From an uncultured bacterium (lineage in GTDB: Bacteria; SAR324; NAC60-12), in the NCBI GenBank assembly GCA_964010765.1, contig CAXGMD010000024.1, forward strand, positions 1 through 39,320: 39,320 bases of DNA, read 5' to 3'. This document shows, piece after piece, positions 36,497 to 39,320 of this stretch. Below the pieces are notes generated by a model. The model was given only the letters and a program-made list of their open reading frames with translations. It did no database searches and was not told the origin of the DNA. Positions within the stretch are counted from its first letter, which is position 1. Each line of letters starts with the position of its first letter. The position numbers were made by a program, and so were the translations under genes.

Positions 36497-37270
36497 TCAA
36501 CTAGGCTTCAGCTTACCACGGGCAAAGGATTGGCGCATGTGGTAGTCAGCAGCGTGGGGAACGCCAATGCCGTTTTCCATGCGGAGAAGTTCGCGCTGTC
36601 TTTGAGATAAGAGATCGTACCATTCGGCCGGGAATCCATCGTGGGGATCAACTTGGAAAATCAGGCTGGATTTTCGATAGTGTCCAAACAGGGCATGTCG
36701 GTTGACCTCTGTCTGGTTGTTTCCTCCAGCATGCCAGCACTGCCCATTGAAAACCAACACACTCCCCGCTTTTGCGGTCACTTGAAAAACATGCTGAACC
36801 GCAAATCCTTCTGGTGGACCGGCCAACCCACTCTTGTGACTGCCTGGAACAATCCGTGTTGAACCATTCCTCGGGGAAAAGTCATCCAGCATCCAGACTG
36901 TATTGCACATCACTGGCGATGCAGGATTCAGCAACTCCGCGCCAATATCAGTGTGGAAGCCCTGCTCATCATCAGCAGGACGAGCGATTCGGGCGTTTAA
37001 GCTTCCCAGGATCAGGTTCTTGCCGAGGATTGCCTCAAGGATAGGAAGTATCTTCGGATGATCCAACAGGGGAAAGAAAAGTGGATCCTGAGTCGGAAGA
37101 TTGGTTACATGTCCGGCAGTCCCCATGAAGTTCTGTTCGTGGCCCGTGCGCTCATAGCAGCGAATCAGGCATTCTCTCAGGTGGGACACCTCCTCAGGAT
37201 TCAAAACCTCCTCCAACAGCGTGAACCCGTAGACTTCCATCTCCAGTAGCGCTTGCTCCAGTGATTCCAA
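36497..37270 (-). CDS. Phytanoyl-CoA dioxygenase family protein
   Basis: GFTLLEEVL, FHTD (HxD), WMLDDF...NGSTRIVPGSH, WHAGGNN....R; TTG start. Confidence 0.9.
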   Translation of the reverse strand: MESLEQALLEMEVYGFTLLEEVLNPEEVSHLRECLIRCYERTGHEQNFMGTAGHVTNLPTQDPLFFPLLDHPKILPILEAILGKNLILGSLNARIARPADDEQGFHTDIGAELLNPASPVMCNTVWMLDDFSPRNGSTRIVPGSHKSGLAGPPEGFAVQHVFQVTAKAGSVLVFNGQCWHAGGNNQTEVNRHALFGHYRKSSLIFQVDPHDGFPAEWYDLLSQRQRELLRMENGIGVPHAADYHMRQSFARGKLKPS

Positions 37271-37277
37271 GGTCTTC

Positions 37278-37448
37278 TCAGTTCAATGTGGCTGATTTGG
37301 TTTCACTGCCAGTGATTTTGTTCGCTTCCATCAGCACCGCCACGAGTCGTTCCAGCCGCTCAATCCGATATTCCAGCTTTCCGATTTTTGCATTTTGGAA
37401 ATCCAGTAAGTTTTCCAATTCCAGAATACGGCCTTCAGTGACTTCCAT
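37278..37448 (-). CDS. Small SlyX-like coiled-coil protein
   Basis: MEVTEGRILELENLLDFQNAKIGKLE resembles the SlyX R..ELE..L.FQ...I..L pattern. ATG 37448 has a GAAGGG RBS (alternative start 37490). Confidence 0.55.
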   Translation of the reverse strand: MEVTEGRILELENLLDFQNAKIGKLEYRIERLERLVAVLMEANKITGSETKSATLN

Positions 37449-37582
37449 GTCGTTTCCCTTCAACAGCAAATGATGTGAGAACAAATCCATTGTTCCCCAG
37501 GGTGATCTACATTAAATGTTTGACCCTACTGCACTGGTTGTTCCAGATCTTCTTTCGTTCTGGTCTTACGTAAAAAAACCTT

Positions 37583-37825
37583 TCAACCAAATTTTGTCCG
37601 TCGAGAGCCTACTCCTGTCTCGTTGTCCCAGAACTGTTGACTACCAGGCATCACACACTGGCAGCAGGTGTGATCCAATCGTGCCAGGTCATCAAAATAG
37701 AGCCGATATTCATACTGCCACTCCATCTCGCATTCATTGGTGAAGTTGTGGACCCGAGGCTCTGGAGCACTGCAAGCAACCAATATCAAAACTCCTCCAA
37801 CGATGAAAAGTCTTCTCTTCCACAT
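37583..37825 (-). CDS. Small Cys-containing lipoprotein
   Basis: Strong AAGGAGG RBS, signal peptide with lipobox LVAC, four further Cys. Confidence 0.7.
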   Translation of the reverse strand: MWKRRLFIVGGVLILVACSAPEPRVHNFTNECEMEWQYEYRLYFDDLARLDHTCCQCVMPGSQQFWDNETGVGSRRTKFG

Positions 37826-37869
37826 ACCCCCTCCTTGCTAAGAGATTCACTTGTTCGACTATGAGGAGT

Positions 37870-38256
37870 TGCGGAATTCAAACCAAATGGACCTGTGCTC
37901 CTTATTGCTCCCACTACATCCAGAAGCCAAAGGCTATCCGAACACAGCCTAATTCTCCAACTTTGACGGTTCTGGACTCAAACAAAAATTGAAGCCTCTT
38001 CCTTAGCAAGAATTCCATCCTTTGCTTCTCTGCACATGTTTGGTCTTTCAGCAATATGCAATCGAACAAAAAGTGCTCGTATCTCGATGGCTTATCTTTG
38101 CTGATCCCATAAATCTCATAATTTTTCTCGCTCATTTCCGTGAACGTCATGCCCCGTAGATCAAGATACCAGGTTCCGGTGGAGATCAGATCCTTTAGTA
38201 GATGAATATGATCCAATTTTTTTTGACGTAATCTGAATTTTTTTGATGTCTATCAT
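37870..38256 (-). pseudogene. Degraded PAS-domain gene
   Basis: GAGG RBS and ATG at 38256 are one base out of frame with the 37914-38216 ORF across A7/A8 runs. The ORF has PAS-like GTWYLD...SEKNYEIYG and FESR...GELGCVR segments, followed by several stops. Confidence 0.55.
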
Positions 38257-39025
38257 TCTAGCTACCTCAGCAAATGTTACAACATAGTGTCATTAAAATT
38301 AGGCTTCATAAGTAGATAATCGCCATTAAACTTATTATTAATCAATTTTCCTTTTATTTGTGTTTCATAGTTGTTTAATAATCAAAAAACATTATATTTG
38401 ACTAATCAGATATTATTATATATTTGAAATTAAATAGAATTCTTTGTATTTTTTCCTTGCAATACGGATCATCTATTTAGTAAGAATTGGCATGGATATT
38501 TCAATTTTTTTGTTATAAATCATCTGTACAAAAAAATTTCGACTATTTCGATAATTGTCTGTTTTGAATTTTTATTAGACAGGAATGGACTCCTCTCTTG
38601 CGCTGAGCGCTCTGCTCAATGACCTATACTGGCTCCACAAGCAATCTCCCAAAGCCTGTGGCAGCCAAGTCGATCTTCGGGTTTCCTCGACTTAAAACAC
38701 CTGAGCCCGCTGAACCACTCTTTTTCGTAGAGAGCATTGCGCTCTTCTACGAGGTGGATAAGTCGGTCTTCAGGCTTCTCAAGGTAGCACGCCTGAGCTC
38801 TTGCTAAGTTAACATTCATTGATCCGAGCACTCTGGCCCTCGGCACGAAGCAAAAGATCTTGCTGAATCACCAGCTCATTGCGCCTGATTGAGCAATGCC
38901 CGGGTGAAGTCGGACAGGCCCCTGGAAGCTCAATCGAAAAGAGATCCTGCATGTTCAATAGGATCAGATTGGTTGCCTGTTGGGCTGAAAGGGAAGGTAG
39001 AGAGGAAATATTCTGAGATTCTAGG

Positions 39026-39320
39026 ATGAAATACCTACTGCAATATTTTTTTATTCTGATCGTTTTTGGGCTGCTGCAAACAGGCTGTGACCGGATTCCT
39101 GAAGAAGGCACCATTGTCTACGATGTTGATTACCCTCGCGCTGATGAAGTTCCCACAGGTGGCGGTGGCGGCTCCGGTGGTTCAACGGGTGGCGGCTCCG
39201 GTGGCGGCTCCGGTGGTGGTGGCAATGGTACTACAGGCTCTGGGGCTGGGACGGGGGGAAGCGCTCCAGACAACGCATCTATCGGATATACTATCGTTGA
39301 ATCAGGCGATTCCACAGATG
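39026..39320 (+). CDS. Lipoprotein with Gly/Ser-rich linker, N-terminal part (runs off the right edge)
   Basis: Translated by hand: MKYLLQYFFILIVFGLLQTGCDRIPEEG...TGGGGGSGGSTGGGSGGGSGGGGNG...YTIVESGDSTD. Signal peptide ends in TGC; frame open to the window end. Confidence 0.8.
   Translation, partial: MKYLLQYFFILIVFGLLQTGCDRIPEEGTIVYDVDYPRADEVPTGGGGGSGGSTGGGSGGGSGGGGNGTTGSGAGTGGSAPDNASIGYTIVESGDSTD
39158..39223 (+). repeat. GGTGGCGGCTCC (GGGS) coding minirepeat, three copies
   Basis: Copies at 39164, 39188 and 39200 within a Gly-rich stretch. Confidence 0.8.

Noticed and set aside
39130..39315. Proline-rich minus-strand ORF
   Set aside because: It is the antisense shadow of the Gly-rich linker of the plus-strand lipoprotein starting at 39026.

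Overview
Bacterial chromosomal window of about 40 genes. I see no rRNA, tRNA, CRISPR array or intact mobile element. The repertoire (three PhyH dioxygenases, a TerB-like protein, RecD2, a CIRCE site) suggests a marine deltaproteobacterium such as SAR324; this is inference only. The left half (1-17.4 kb) is mostly core-like: glpQ, dtd, a membrane hydrolase, a serine hydrolase, DUF3817, htpX behind a perfect CIRCE operator, a tripartite OMF-MFP-RND efflux operon, a TerB-like gene, holB and recD2. The RND pump carries an unusual ~300-aa acidic tail with 47-aa tandem repeats containing Q-S-[ST]-M-F motifs. The right half (17.4-39.3 kb) is an accessory, oxygenase-rich patchwork. It holds TauE, an orphan heme-dependent N-demethylase alpha subunit (DUF3445), RidA, an unlisted 46-aa membrane protein and a PhyH-HEAT fusion. 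It also holds a Hyi-like isomerase with MocE/MocF/MocD-like genes interrupted by a DODA extradiol dioxygenase, two more PhyH enzymes, an SDR, DJ-1/PfpI, an outer-membrane gene split by one in-frame stop, several lipoproteins and a decayed PAS gene. The best candidates for undescribed biology are the remodelled Moc-like oxygenase cluster and the repeat-tailed RND pump.
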